A stretch of 64,000 nt of DNA from Blasia pusilla (lineage: Eukaryota): contig CM114271.1 of assembly GCA_050084515.1 (NCBI GenBank), forward strand, positions 22,444,001 through 22,508,000, given 5' to 3'. This document shows positions 22,601-35,368 of the stretch, in pieces. The notes beneath the pieces are model-generated. The model made no database searches. It was not told the DNA's origin and saw nothing but the letters and a program-made list of their open reading frames with translations. Made by a program: the position numbers and the translations under genes. Position 1 is the stretch's first letter. The number at the start of each line of letters is the position of its first letter.

Positions 22601-25600
22601 TCTCTCCGCAAACTTCTCCGTAGCCAATGAAAGTAGCCCTTGCAGCTCCCGGGATAGCTAGAGGTTTCCCATACCTACCGTAGTCTTAAGGCCTCTCGCA
22701 ATTACCGTGCCTATCGCACCCTCTTCTCCTTTGCAAGCGTCGTAACCCTTTGGCCTTTTGACTGCATGTTTCCTCCCGCGAGCCGCATGTGATAGCTTTA
22801 ATCGAGTTATCCGCTCAACCAGCATGTATTAGCTATTCGCGTCCAACTTGCTAAACCTTGACCGGCCGCATTTATTGTATGGTGACCCGCAACTCCTCCA
22901 AAATCAGTATTTGCTACTACCTTGATTTGCAACCTTGTGGTCAACCCCGCAGTTTCGACTGCAGTTCTATCCGTAAAAAATACCCTAAATGCCATCCACG
23001 CTTACTCTTGCTGCCTCGCAACATCCGACCACTACCTAGCCATGACCCTCCGCCATGCTTGACTATGTAGTCGTCGACCTGTGCGCAACTGCCTAGCTAG
23101 AAGTCTGCAACCGCATGTGTGGACGCTATCAACTTGACGCCGATGTTGCCTCCATGTTTTGTCTGTCCGTTGCTGGCGATGTTGTTCAACCTGTTGTCCT
23201 TGTTAGACTTTGCCGTTACTCATTGGACGGTTGTGATTAGCAGTCGTCAACTCACCGAATTTTTGCAATTTTGTTACACATTGATCGTTAGTTTCAGCAC
23301 TGTCCAGCGACGACAGGTGACATTTTGGATTGATGGGGTTGCAATTTCCTTTCTGATTTTCAATGTCTTGAGTTATAGCCGCTCGACAACAATCGAGTAC
23401 CATGCCATGATGCCCGTTGCCGCAACGCGCCGTTGATTGTTGCGTCGTGCTGCTCGTGGCCGCACCGCACAGTCTAGATCTCGGAGCCAAACCGTCATTG
23501 CGGAGTAGAGGATGTGTTTTTGATTGAGGAGGGTATGTCGTTGAGAGCCGAAAACCCATCATCGAGTGCCGTGCCGTGCCGTGCCGCTGGACCCGCACCG
23601 CACATCAAGGAGGTTTGAGCATCGTCAGTACCAAAGGAGTGCGACTTGCTAATTTGAGGAGTTTGTCTTCATGACCGAGTTGGGGTCAAGATTTTCACTT
23701 GTGGAGGAGTGACATCGATATTGTTGTCAAGTTACCCATTCTGGTCTTTTTCCCTACACGTGTGAGGGAATTCCCATTATTAGATAGTTATCTGGGGATA
23801 TTGGGCTTCGTGCAGATGTTGAGAGCATCCTTGATGTATGTGGTATAGGGAAAAATAGACTTGTATGGGATGTTTAGAGTTGAGGGTATGTTCTATAGAT
23901 GAGACGATAGATCAATCGATTTGCCGTACCACCCTGCTTGTTGACGCACACTACACGTCTAAGTGAGAGGGAGTGTAGGTTGCATTGAGTGTCGCATGTT
24001 TGATTGAGGGATTTCTTGCAAAATTGAGAGTGATCATGTGAGAGGGGAACGAGGGTCATCACAGCATCCTTTCGGGACTTTGAGAGGCAAGGTGGTGGAC
24101 TTGAGAGTAGCTCTAGAGGTTTTATGCCGAGTGGCCCGAGATTTCAAGGGTCTCCACCTGAGGGACCACCTCGACCTCCTTCTATATCGTCTTCAAACAA
24201 GGGGGAGGGCATAGAGGAGTTTGTTAGTGATTCACCGCACACATTGAGTGCTCCTACTAGTTGGATGTACGAGATGGACGCCCGGGGTAGAGGACCGCTT
24301 AGGTTTTCAAGAGCAGTGGGCACGATAGAGTTGCACGAGTTCATTGTAGAGTTTAGGAGTAAGTGTGACTAGTAGTAGGCTAGGAACTTTAGAGAGTTCA
24401 ACCCATTCACAGCATGGAACAACATATTCCAACATTTAGAGGGAGCGCCCATGGACAGTTACAATGAGTTCTCCCGGAGATATGCCCATGAGATCGAGGC
24501 ATGGAGACTCTACTATGACCCATACTATGTGTCATAGATTGAGTCGTTTCCAGATGAGGAGGAGGATTTAGGAGAGGCTACTTCCTCCTCCACTAGTGAC
24601 GTATTAGGAGGGGTGAGTCGGATTGGGGTAGTTACATCATCCAGTCAGGTTCATACTAGGTTCAACCCCGTGGTTGAGTTCTTTGCGGAGTTACGGACGA
24701 ACCACCAAGGGGTACGGGGTGAGAAGTTATGGAGCATCCATGACTTCCATAGGCACCCAAGTGAGAGTTTGCATGAGGAATTTACTCGAATGCGTTGATT
24801 AGTATCAGTCAGGGGATGATAGAGTCCTAGGCTATCTAGACATAGTACGCGATGCTAGACCGAGAGTTGCGGAAACGGGTGGGGGATGGGGTACTTCTTA
24901 TGCGCATCTCACCTATGTTGAGAGATGTTTTTGAGATCGCAAAATGTATTGAGGGCAATATGGATGAGTAGAGCATAGAATCCATAGGTTCCGTGCAAGA
25001 GCAGTCACGATTGCCTACACCACTAGTTTAGCAATATGGATTTTAGGAGAGGACTGTGGCACCACGAGCTCAGGGAGGATACCCGGAGTGTATGCCACAG
25101 AGACATGCGCCATCATATGCGGTGCATCAGTAGCTGCAAAGGATTATTTTTTGGGCATGTGGTGAAGCCCATCACGAGTGCGATTGCACCCATCGCGACT
25201 GTGGACGTGTGCCTCACTATTGAGGAGGAGATGGATCTACACGAGGAGTTTACAACTGTAACCATTGTCAGAGGTATGGTCATACACGTACACAATGTTT
25301 CAGCCTACACCTTGAGTTACGTCCGGACCAAGGGCCAAAGTGGGCACCAGAGCGAGTTGGCGATCCGGGTGGGCCTAGAGGTCGTGCACCAGGTGGACCT
25401 GTTGGGGGACGAAGAGTTGGATTTTCCAAAGAGGGTGGTGGAGTTGCCCATGGAGGAGGTAGAGGTCCGCCACCTAGAAAGGTTGAGGGGGGCATGAGGT
25501 TGGAATGGTTGCTCATATAGAGCAATTGCACCGGCAGATTGCCGCTATGTCATTGAGGTTATTCGATGTCAGATTAGTGGCATCGACGTCTTATGGAGCA

Positions 25601-27050
25601 GCCAGAGACATGGAGGATCCTGGTTGGATGTGCGCGGCTGCACAGATGGAGGCATCCATTGTTGTTATGCATGGAGTAACTGTAGAGTTGGATCCGCAAA
25701 GAGAGGAGGCTAGAAAACAGACATGGCTTCCTCAGTCTTTTACTTTATCTCAGGCAATGAGGACCCCATCGATGGGTTCTGATGAGAGTTCCTAGAGGGT
25801 TGATGTTGTGGATGTGCAGGCATAAAGGGCGATGGGAGAAGAAAGTGCGATGACTCCTATTGTAAGTGCTCAGATGGAGCCCATGTTAAGTACATTTTTG
25901 GGGGCGGCCTTTGCTATGTATCGCCCCCCATTGTTTTTTGCTTCCGATGTTATGATGTTGGGAGGTACGCCCGCCGAGGTTTTTCGGCTGGCCACTACGC
26001 TTTGTGAGCGTGGAGTTGGTGTTCTTGCCTCACGATAAGAGGTGATTATAGAGGAGGTGGTGGACCAGCCCTTGGAGCCTATGCTCAGGCCTTACACCTC
26101 AGAGTCATGGCAGGTTGCGGCTACTAGGATGGCGGAGATGCCCATCATACCGCTCCTACTGGAACATTCCGGGGGTAAAAACTAGGCCCTGCAGTTATCC
26201 CCTGACAACCTGCTATAGAGAGTGCCTTGGTATCTCCAAGTGTTGGCTTGCTAGATAATCAGGGAGAGGTCTTCAATTTGGTGAGTCCAAGAGGTAAGAT
26301 TTTTTTTCTGCAACGCATCTTGTTGGATTCCGGAGCGCAACCCCTAATGTTGGGGAAAGCGGCGTTTACAAGGTTGGGTCTGACAAGGGTCGATGTGGAG
26401 AGTTGCCCATTCAAGATATAGGCATCCTTGGCTGGAGTGAGTACAACACAATTTATCACCCGACATGAGGGTTGTGGTGAGGATTCGACCCTGACATCTA
26501 TCAGGTGAGTCCGTGGTGTGAGCCAAGACGATAGTGACCGATGTCGAGTCCTATGACGTCTTGGTTGGAGATGCAATTTTCTACTTGATGGGGTTTTCCT
26601 TGGATTATTGGGAGGATTCAGCGTCCTATAGACCATGATGGCAGTCACGTGAAAGGTGACTTAGCTCATGACCTGTGTGATTCACATGTGGAGTAATCAA
26701 GCGACAGCCAAGAGGAATGGCGATATTATCATCATTCAGTAGCACCATCACGTGAGCTAGTGATTTGATTAAGGGGCATGTCCATGTTGAGGACACACTC
26801 GCGCCTGACACTTCTAGGGAGAGGAGTGTTATGATAACCGCATTATTCTGTGGAGGAGAGGTGCCACTGTAGGGTTCAAGTGAGGAGCTTTAACACTTGG
26901 CCAATGAGCACGTGGAGACAATGTGGAGTGAGACATTTGCACCGGAGCATGACGGGTCAGAGGAACCTGAGGTAGCCAAGAGTGCTACTATGACACCCTT
27001 GGACACCACACCGATTGTGTGGTGCAGCCTAGAGGAGGGTATCCGAGCAC

Positions 27051-27990
27051 ATGTTGGATCTCTTTGGAGGGATTAGCATTGGGTTGGCTGTTATTTGCAA
27101 ACAGAAGTGCACGTGCAGCTGTACCTATATATTGAGCTTGATGAGATTGCAAGGCGGGTTTCACTATGACATGTGGTGCAATTACGCCTCCAATTTCTTG
27201 ACTTTTTGTCTGCGTCCAGCGTACAGAGGTTCCACAATTCCCTACAAACGGATATTTTGTTGCTGGGGGCGCAGGACTTGGAGTGGGTAGGGACCATTGA
27301 TTTGGTCATTGCTGGTTGGCCATGTTAAGGCGAGTCGAGTGGTGGACAAGGTAGCAGGTTGGCTGACACTCAATCTAGGTTATTTTGGGAGATGATGAGG
27401 ATCTTGCAACACTTGCATGCGCATCAACCCCGTTCTCTAGCGTACATTCTCGAGAATGTGCCAATTTTGGGCGATTCGAGGTCCCGTGTGATGATGAGTG
27501 CACATCAGGTGTGCGCATAGATCGGCCCCGTAGTGTTTTTGGATGCGGCGAGTGTAGGTTCACGAGCACATTGCTTGCATCTATGATGGACCAACTTGGT
27601 GCCACATGAGTTATTGGGGAGGGCTTATGCGAGAGTGGAGGGCCCCTACAATTTCGTTGGTGGACTCTATTCTAGTTCCCGTTCGTCAATCATAGGTAGT
27701 GAGGCACGATGATCGACCACCGTTGACTATGGTCAACAATATTGGCATGGCACGGGAAACCTTTTCCACATTTGTGATTTTTCCCGCTTCTTATGCATAC
27801 AAAGAAGTCGGGCCTAGCTTGGTTTGGGATGACCAACTGTAGCTGATGGTAGAGACCAACGTCGATGAGCGAGAGTGAGCGATGGGATTTCCCACAAGAG
27901 TGACAATAGTACCGTCATTAAAGGCATCACGACGTCATATCTTGGGTCAGGAAATGGACTTGAATTTCTTGACATAGATCATCAGCTTGG
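27051..27990 (+). pseudogene. C5 cytosine DNA methyltransferase domain within gypsy pol (decayed)
   Basis: Motif I LDLFGGI; motif II YLYIELD; motif IV IDLVIAGWPC*G (27311-27331); LFWEMMRIL; motif VI YILENV (27452-27460); motif VIII GSRAHCLHL*WTN; motifs IX/X ERE*AMGF...ILGQEMD (~27865-27960). The motif order is canonical. Confidence 0.9.
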
Positions 27991-28710
27991 GAGTAGTTGA
28001 GCAACATCCGATGAGGTTGCGATAGGTCACAGCTATTGCATTGGTAAGCCCCATGCTTACCAAGACAATTGAGGGATCGGAGTTGCTGCAGGTGAGATTT
28101 GAGGAGATCGATACGCCAAGGGTGATTAAGAGAGACACCCTTGGATCCCTTGGGATATGTTGTAGATATGTCGAGAGATGGCAGCCACAACATTGAGCGT
28201 GGTTCATGGTCCTGGACGTGGAGGAGATGAGATTTTGGAGTTGGCTACAAGGGAGCATTCGAGTTCTATTGTCAAAGACGGGGTTGCACCATAGCAACCA
28301 CCGATACATGCACCGGAGAGTCCTACCGTAGTCACGATGGAGACTAGGGAACCAGATATGGGCCCTAAGTTGACAAGAGGAGAGTGGTGCTGGATACTTC
28401 AGTTCCTTAGGAGTTATAGGATTTTTTTGCATTTAACATGTAGGATTTGGGTACGTTGAAGGGTCTAGGGATCCGCATTGATTGTCTAGCAACACGCCAA
28501 TCTTACGATGACATTACAAGTACAATGATATGGAGAGGGCTCTAATTTAGAGTAAGAGCGAGGACTTGGTTGGAATAGGACTAGTGGAGAGTATGCATCT
28601 GCCAGTGTCATGTCTGCCAAGAAGGGTGTGCATGGAAACTGGACGGATAGGCGGATGTGTGGAGATTACCAACCCATCAATCGGTAGACGAAGTTTGATA
28701 GGTATGCCAT

Positions 28711-29033
28711 CAAGGTTGCATGTGGAAAAATTCCATGTCCGCGGACTTATATCCGTCCTATGGAAGGACTTGTCCGTATGGGCCCCACCTTTCTCTTCTT
28801 TCTCATTCCCCTTACTTGCCTTCGTGTTCCATACTCCCCCATTTCTTCCTCCCTCCACCTCCACCTCCACTCCCTCATCCCTCATTGCTCCTCTCATCCT
28901 TGCCTTTCCTTGCCTTCCATCATGGACTAAAAGTGTGGGTCCCACCTCTCGGAACGTATATTCGTGGATATGTCCAAACTTGTCTGTCCATGTCCGTCGT
29001 AAGGAAGGACTTGTCCATTTTTGTGCAACCATG
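28711..29033. mobile_element. 323-bp hAT-type MITE inserted in the RT
   Basis: 8-bp TSD tatgccat (28703-28710 and 29034-29041); TIRs caaggttgca / tgcaaccatg; removal restores the RT reading DRYAM..EEIFD. Confidence 0.85.
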
Positions 29034-31564
29034 TATGCCATGCTCACCCTTGAGGAGATCTTTGATGTTATTGGATATGCAAAGGTCTTTAGTTCGTTGG
29101 ATCTTCAAGCCGCATACCATTAGCTGCCTATCAGATTAGAGGATAGGAAAAAGACAATATTTTGGTGCATCAACCCTCATGGGAAGGATTGCTTGTACTA
29201 GCGGCGTGTCTTACCATTTGGGTTAAAGAACACTCCGATTGAGTTTGAGAGGGTCATGGATAGGATCTTGGCAAGTTTGGATTTTGCTAGGTGTTATATT
29301 GACAACATGGTAGACTTTAGCGCCACGATTGAGAAGCATGAGCGACATCTGGAGGACTTGCTTCAATGATTGCAATTACATGGGCTGAAGCTACATCCAG
29401 GCAAGTGCAAGTTCTTTAACGACCAGATTGAGTACTTGGGTCATACGATATACCTAAGTGTCACTGGTGTGCAATGGACGAAGATAGAGGCTATTTCAAG
29501 CATTCCACGCCCTACAGATATGAGTTCAGTGTATGAATTCATGGCCTTAGCAAACTTCTATCGACGGTACTTCAAGGGTTTCAGTTTGATTGCAAAGCCG
29601 CTAACCTTACTAACCAAGGTGGATCACGAGTGGCATTGAGAGGATAAGCAAGAGAGAGCATTTCAGCTGCTTAAGGACAGGTTGACGTCCGCACCTATAT
29701 TGAGGAGACCAATCACTGGGCGTCCTTTCCAATTGCATACAGATTGGAGCATGTTGGGGCTTGGAGTGGGGCTCACCTAGCATGATGGTGAGGGTAGAGA
29801 GTTTGTGGTGGCTTCTGCTATTTGCTTGAACAATGGTGCGGAGGCAAAGTACAGCTCGTATGAGAGTGAGTGCTTGGCTACAATGTGGGCTATCGCGCAT
29901 TTCAGGTGATATTTATTCGGAAACCCCTTTACCATGGTCACTAATCATCAAACACTTAAGTGGATGATGGAGTCTGACAAACTTACATGGAAGCTTGCAA
30001 GGTGGGCTCTATTCTTGCAGGAGTATGACCTCCAGGTAGTAACTAGACCTGGGACGCTCAACCAAGATGCAGATGGTTTGAGCCGTTACCCATGCCTGAA
30101 TCACAGAGATGCAACTAGAGCTTTTTGGCATGGAGAGACTGATGAGGAGTTGGTGCCATGATGGCACGTGTGAGCCTATTTGGGTTCGTTGGCTATGGAG
30201 AGCCAAAATGTTGAGACTTTGATGGTGAGGTCTGATGGAGAGTCCTTGGATCTAGAGGCTAGTGAGGAGACGACGGGTGGCCGATATATTCACGAGGATA
30301 GAGTAGTCTTGGAGTACCTGTATACTTGCAGCGTCATGAGCATAGTGGATGCTAGAGAGCAAGATCAGATCCTACAGCGATCCAGGCGGTTTTGATGGAA
30401 GGGGACACACGTGTCGCGAATTTGGGAGGATGGTAGAGTACATGTAGTGCCTCATCCTTCATAGAGAGCACATTTGGTGAAGCATGCCCATGAGGAGTTG
30501 GGTCATTTTGGAGTGAAGCGGACGTACAACTTGCTCCATATACAATATTGGTGGAGAGGCATGCAGACTGATGTTGAGCAATTTGTTGCCAAATGCATGG
30601 TGTGTGCCGGGCCCGCGCATCATTCAATGCTCCGACCCCATAATTTCATTCACTTTCGATCATGGGTTTAGGCTATAGACGGAGTTTGGATTTTGCAGGA
30701 CCTTTACCTTTGATGGATCGGCATAGTCATTCTATGTTGGTGATGGTCAAACACTTCTCAAAGTGGATAGAGTTGGTTGTATTTCTTGACTAAGCGAGTG
30801 AGGGAGTAGCGTATGCCTTCCAAGATTGAGTGTTGAGTCATTACGGCGCACCAGGTGAGGTGTTGACTGAACAAGGTAAAGGGTTTCTCGGGAAGTTTTC
30901 AGGCCTTGTGTGATCAAGCGTTGATCGACCACCGCACCACTTCATGAGATCATCTTAAGGCGGATGGACTAGCGAAGAGGGTTGTGTAGACAGTGAAGAG
31001 AGGTTTACGTAAGTATGGCTTGCAAAGAGGTCACCTAGGAGATAGGGACCTCCAATTTCCGTGGTTGGTGATGGAATACAGATTCAAAAAATTGGCCTCT
31101 TTAGCGTCTTCCTCACCGTATTTGTTGCTTTATGACCGAGAGCCAAATTTTCTTGCGGCCATTCATCGAGATGCTAGTGAGGTGTTGAAAATTTATGACC
31201 CTCATGCATAGATGGGAGCATATTCTTAGAGGGTTGAGTTGTTTCAGAGAGTGATGCCCATGACGTTTGAAAACTTGGCGACCTTTTTAGAGAGTGATGT
31301 CCATGGCGTTTGAGAACATCAAGATATTGGATTTATCAAGGACGCTATGTCTACTTGCAACAGACAGTGCCCACGACGTTGGATGTGACTACTTGGCGCA
31401 CTATCTTGAGAGTGCGTGAGGTTTTTCCATCTGGTGTTCTCTTATTTGAGGGACGCGATGGTATAGTTTCAGAGGACCATGTGCGTAACTATGCGTCATG
31501 TCATCTTTCTAACATTGACGATACATTTGATCTGAGCGTAGTAGTAGTTCTTGTAGGCTTGTGA

Positions 31565-31699
31565 TGTATGTTGTGTGATTTTTCCTGTGATGCAACCACT
31601 ATGCTACTCTATGATGGATATTCAAGAGGATGGCATATGATATGTCTGTCGCCACCTCTCACTAGGGTTCCTCGAGGACAATGGATGTGCCCAGATGTA
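31565..31699 (+). pseudogene. PHD finger at the integrase C-terminus
   Basis: CMLC...MLLYDGYSRGWHMICLSPPLTRVPRGQWMCP; two Cys appear mutated TGT>TAT. Confidence 0.85.
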
Positions 31700-32543
31700 C
31701 ATAGAGTGGTTAGTTATAGATTCTAATTTATGTTTGTGACATGGATGACAAGAAGGTGACTAACGATGGGATCACATGAGCACCCGACCATTTTGATCTC
31801 AGCGTCTTAGAGATGTATGTGATGGTAGGTAGGGATAGATGGCTATCTAGAGTTAGAGGGACCTAATCACCAGCTAGGGGGACGATTGGAGATATTTTGG
31901 TACTTCTTGTCTTTGTTCTGTGGATTCCATGATTTAGCATGGTATCGTGTGTGTTTGTATACGCATTTGGTGAAAGCAATGTATGTTGTATAGCGATGTG
32001 TATGCGTGCAAAAATTATCACTTATTTTAGGATAGATCAACGAGATCTTGTAAAGAGTTTTCGCGGGTAATGGAGGACAACCTCAAGAGGTCAAGGATGA
32101 CTTGCTGAGTCCGAGGGTAACCTGAGAGAGCATATTTTTCCTTCGTTTCGGCTCATTTGGAGCCATATAGAGAAACTTACTATTTTGGGTAAGAAACATA
32201 GTTAGTCAACCTCAACCATTTTTTCAATGTCAAAAACATACTTTTTTTCTAGTATTGAAAACTTTAATTTTTCTAAATTTTAATGGGCGACTATATGGGT
32301 CCACTTTGGGAATTGGCCCTTGACCCACTACGGTAGGTCAAGAGCCAAGGAGATGACCAGCGAGAGCATAGGTTACCATGGAGAGAGCTTGTGAGAGGGA
32401 AAGAGGATATACCTCCAAGAGAGAGAGCTTGAGAGCTTATTCTCTCTTTATTGAACCTCTTGGCATGAGGCGACGAAGCTATGATCCTCCTTGCCTTGTA
32501 TTTGTAACCCAAGTCTCTCATTAGGATAGTGGGTTTGGTTTGA

Positions 32544-32545
<2 letters not shown>

Positions 32546-32621
<76 letters not shown>
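32546..32621. repeat. (GT)n(GA)n compound microsatellite
   Basis: Read directly. Confidence 0.95.
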
Positions 32622-32623
<2 letters not shown>

Positions 32624-34523
32624 ATGCACATTTGTGAGACCTTGTGATGGAGTGAACCATTTGATTTAATTGAAGATTTTTTGGTACTTCTTGTCTCATT
32701 GTGTGGATTCCATGAGTTAGCATGGGATCGTGTGTGTTTGTATGTGCATTCGGTGACATCGATGTATGTTTTGTAGTGATGTGTATGCACACGACACCTC
32801 CTTGGGGGCCTCATGACCATGACTCACTTCCAAAATCCCTACTAGCACTTGGGCGCCGGGGGGGGGGGATGTCACTAAAATGAAAGAAAGTCCTTACATC
32901 ACTTGTGATCTTTTAGGGTTTAGAATCCCTAACCTATGAATGAAAAAAAAAGTTTTTGCTCACCCTTATGTTCTTTCAAGACATCCATTTGTCAACCTCA
33001 AAAACATACTTTTCTTCTAGTATTAAAAATTTTAATTTTTCTAAATTTTTCGAGAGAGTTGTATAGGAGTTTTAATGTAGACTATACAATCAGATAGGTA
33101 ATAGATTTTCAAGGCCCCAAGATACAATGGGATCCCTCCAAGTTCATGATTCATAAACTTCAAGAAACATATTTGAAAAATCACCATCGTGGTTTGCAAA
33201 TAAGTCATAAGACAATCAAAGGCAAGAAGAAAAGAGAATCCTTGTTTCTATCAAGAAAACTAATTACTTAAATAATGAAAGTATATTAATTCTAGACATG
33301 TTAAGACCTTTGCTCAATTACATGTTTGAGGTTTGGATTTAAAGCCTTTGGGAGCTTAACCAGGATGCAATAATGTCCAAAAGCCTTTAAGAGCTTACAT
33401 TTTGGAGTATATGTTGTTATCGCCGCCACTACGAGCTTCAAATAGATTGGTGCCTTTGTAGTATCTTCATGCGCTAAAATGTAAAGCAAAAAAGAGATTT
33501 TGTGTTTCTACATAATACAAATTTAATAGATACAAACATCATCTTTTATGTAACCAAGAAATATGTGAAAAAGGATGATATAATCAAAAAGAAAAACAAC
33601 CATATCCACTTTCCTCTAATAGAAGTTATACTTGAGAGATCGGGTTTTTGTATAGACGTGGTTGGAGGGTTAAATTGTACTCTTCTTTTACAAAATCTCC
33701 AAGCTTGCATAGATTGTTATGAGGGGATAGAAGATGTCAAAATGAATTGTAAGAGGATATTTATGCTCTATTATTCCATGAAAAAAAATCTTCCAAAACT
33801 CAAAAGGATTTATTCTTCAAAGAGTTTGTGTCATAAAGATCATTCGCATTGAAAAGGCTACTGTAATAGATGTCATTTGAAGCTTTGTTCACATGTTTGT
33901 CCACATAATTGGACCTTCTACTTGCCAATTTTCCCCACAATGGAAAATATGAAATGGTTAACAAAAAATATTGATTGGAGATTTCTAGTAGTTCTTGTGG
34001 AGTGCTCCCACTCATGCTGGTTGGCCTAACAAACACACATGGTTGGGGAATGAATGAAACAAAAGACTCTAACTACCGGTAATCCTAGTTTCATAACATG
34101 CTCGTATTGTTACCAAGGGTTTGGAGGAGCCAACCAATGATCTTGTTACATTGTGTCAACCTACTCATGATGTTTTAGTAGGGCCCACGTAATCATCCCA
34201 TACACTGATAAAATCCATGCATGATTTAACACTCAATTATCAAATCGTGTGTCAAGCGTGCAATGATTATTCAAGTAACTTCCAATGTGCTTTGACAATC
34301 ACGAATCAAACATTCATGCATCATGGGATGATATGGGCCATACGTTGTCCCTTGTTGATCATGAGTAGGTTAGGGACATTCTCTTTCATCCCTAGTCTAT
34401 TTTCTCACAATTTTGATAAAAGCACCACTATTTTACAACTTTCATTTCAACCTCGAGTGTGCAAACTAGGGCCCATGTTTTATGGTCCTAGAATGGTCGC
34501 ATTAGGCTATATCATCTTGGGAC

Positions 34524-34525
<2 letters not shown>

Positions 34526-34560
<35 letters not shown>
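34526..34560. repeat. (TG)n microsatellite
   Basis: Read directly. Confidence 0.95.
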
Positions 34561-34563
<3 letters not shown>

Positions 34564-35368
34564 GGGTACAGCGTGCCACAATTTCTCTAATTCTTCACAT
34601 GGACAATAACCTTGCACAATGCATAATCTCTAAAAAGGTACAAATGTTGAATATTCCTCGGCAATAAGCTTCTCATACAACACAACAAACCTTGCTATCT
34701 TGTCTCTATGCATGCATGCATGCATGTATGTATGTATGTATGTAGATAAATCTTTCCTACACACCCTAACGTTTTGGTCCCATTAGTTGGATTCTTATAA
34801 TTGTCTCTAAGGAAAATTTGCAAGCTAGGGCATGAGCATGGACTTCGTGACATAAGTCCTTGATTGCTGATCATAGGATGAAACAAGACTAGAACTAACA
34901 AAATAACAGTACGACCACGCGTGATTCTCCGAGCCACACAAGACCCCCACCTAATGAATTCTGCGCTAATCCCCTACTCAAGCTTTCTCGCCACAACAAT
35001 GCTAAGTCCTGAACTCCAACCTCGGCAACAATGGCATCAAATATTGGCGTCCACATCCATGAGTCAATCCACCTTCCTTTCCCCACCCCCCCTCGCGCAC
35101 AAAAAATGGATGGGAGGGAGGGAGGGATGGATGGAGCAACAAGGGTAGGGGGAGAGGGAGGTCCAACAAGTCCATGGGCGAGCAAGTTTCCAAAGGTGAT
35201 ATGTCCGGTGCAACAACACCAACTCAAGTGTATAGTACAAGGGAAGAAGACACCTCCAAAATGTGGGAGACTCCTCTTTGATCTCATGTGCTCCTCTCTA
35301 CGTCGTTCTTTCTGCTTTGGGAGGTGAGGAGGAGGAGGGGAAGGAGAAAACGGAGCGATGGATGTGTT

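Larger units (their letters stand above)
21485..32870 (+). mobile_element. Decayed Ty3/gypsy retrotransposon with C5 DNA methyltransferase and PHD finger
   Basis: LTR-like repeats 21855-22022/32022-32190 and 22050-22260/32310-32450. Gag-like ~24120-25000; protease ILLDSGAQPLMLGK ~26315; DNMT 27051-27990; RT 28580-29450 (RMCGDY.PIN, FSSLDL, CYIDN); RNase H 29700-30090; integrase 30474-31200; PHD 31565-31699; PPT-like agggggac ~31876. Confidence 0.85.
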
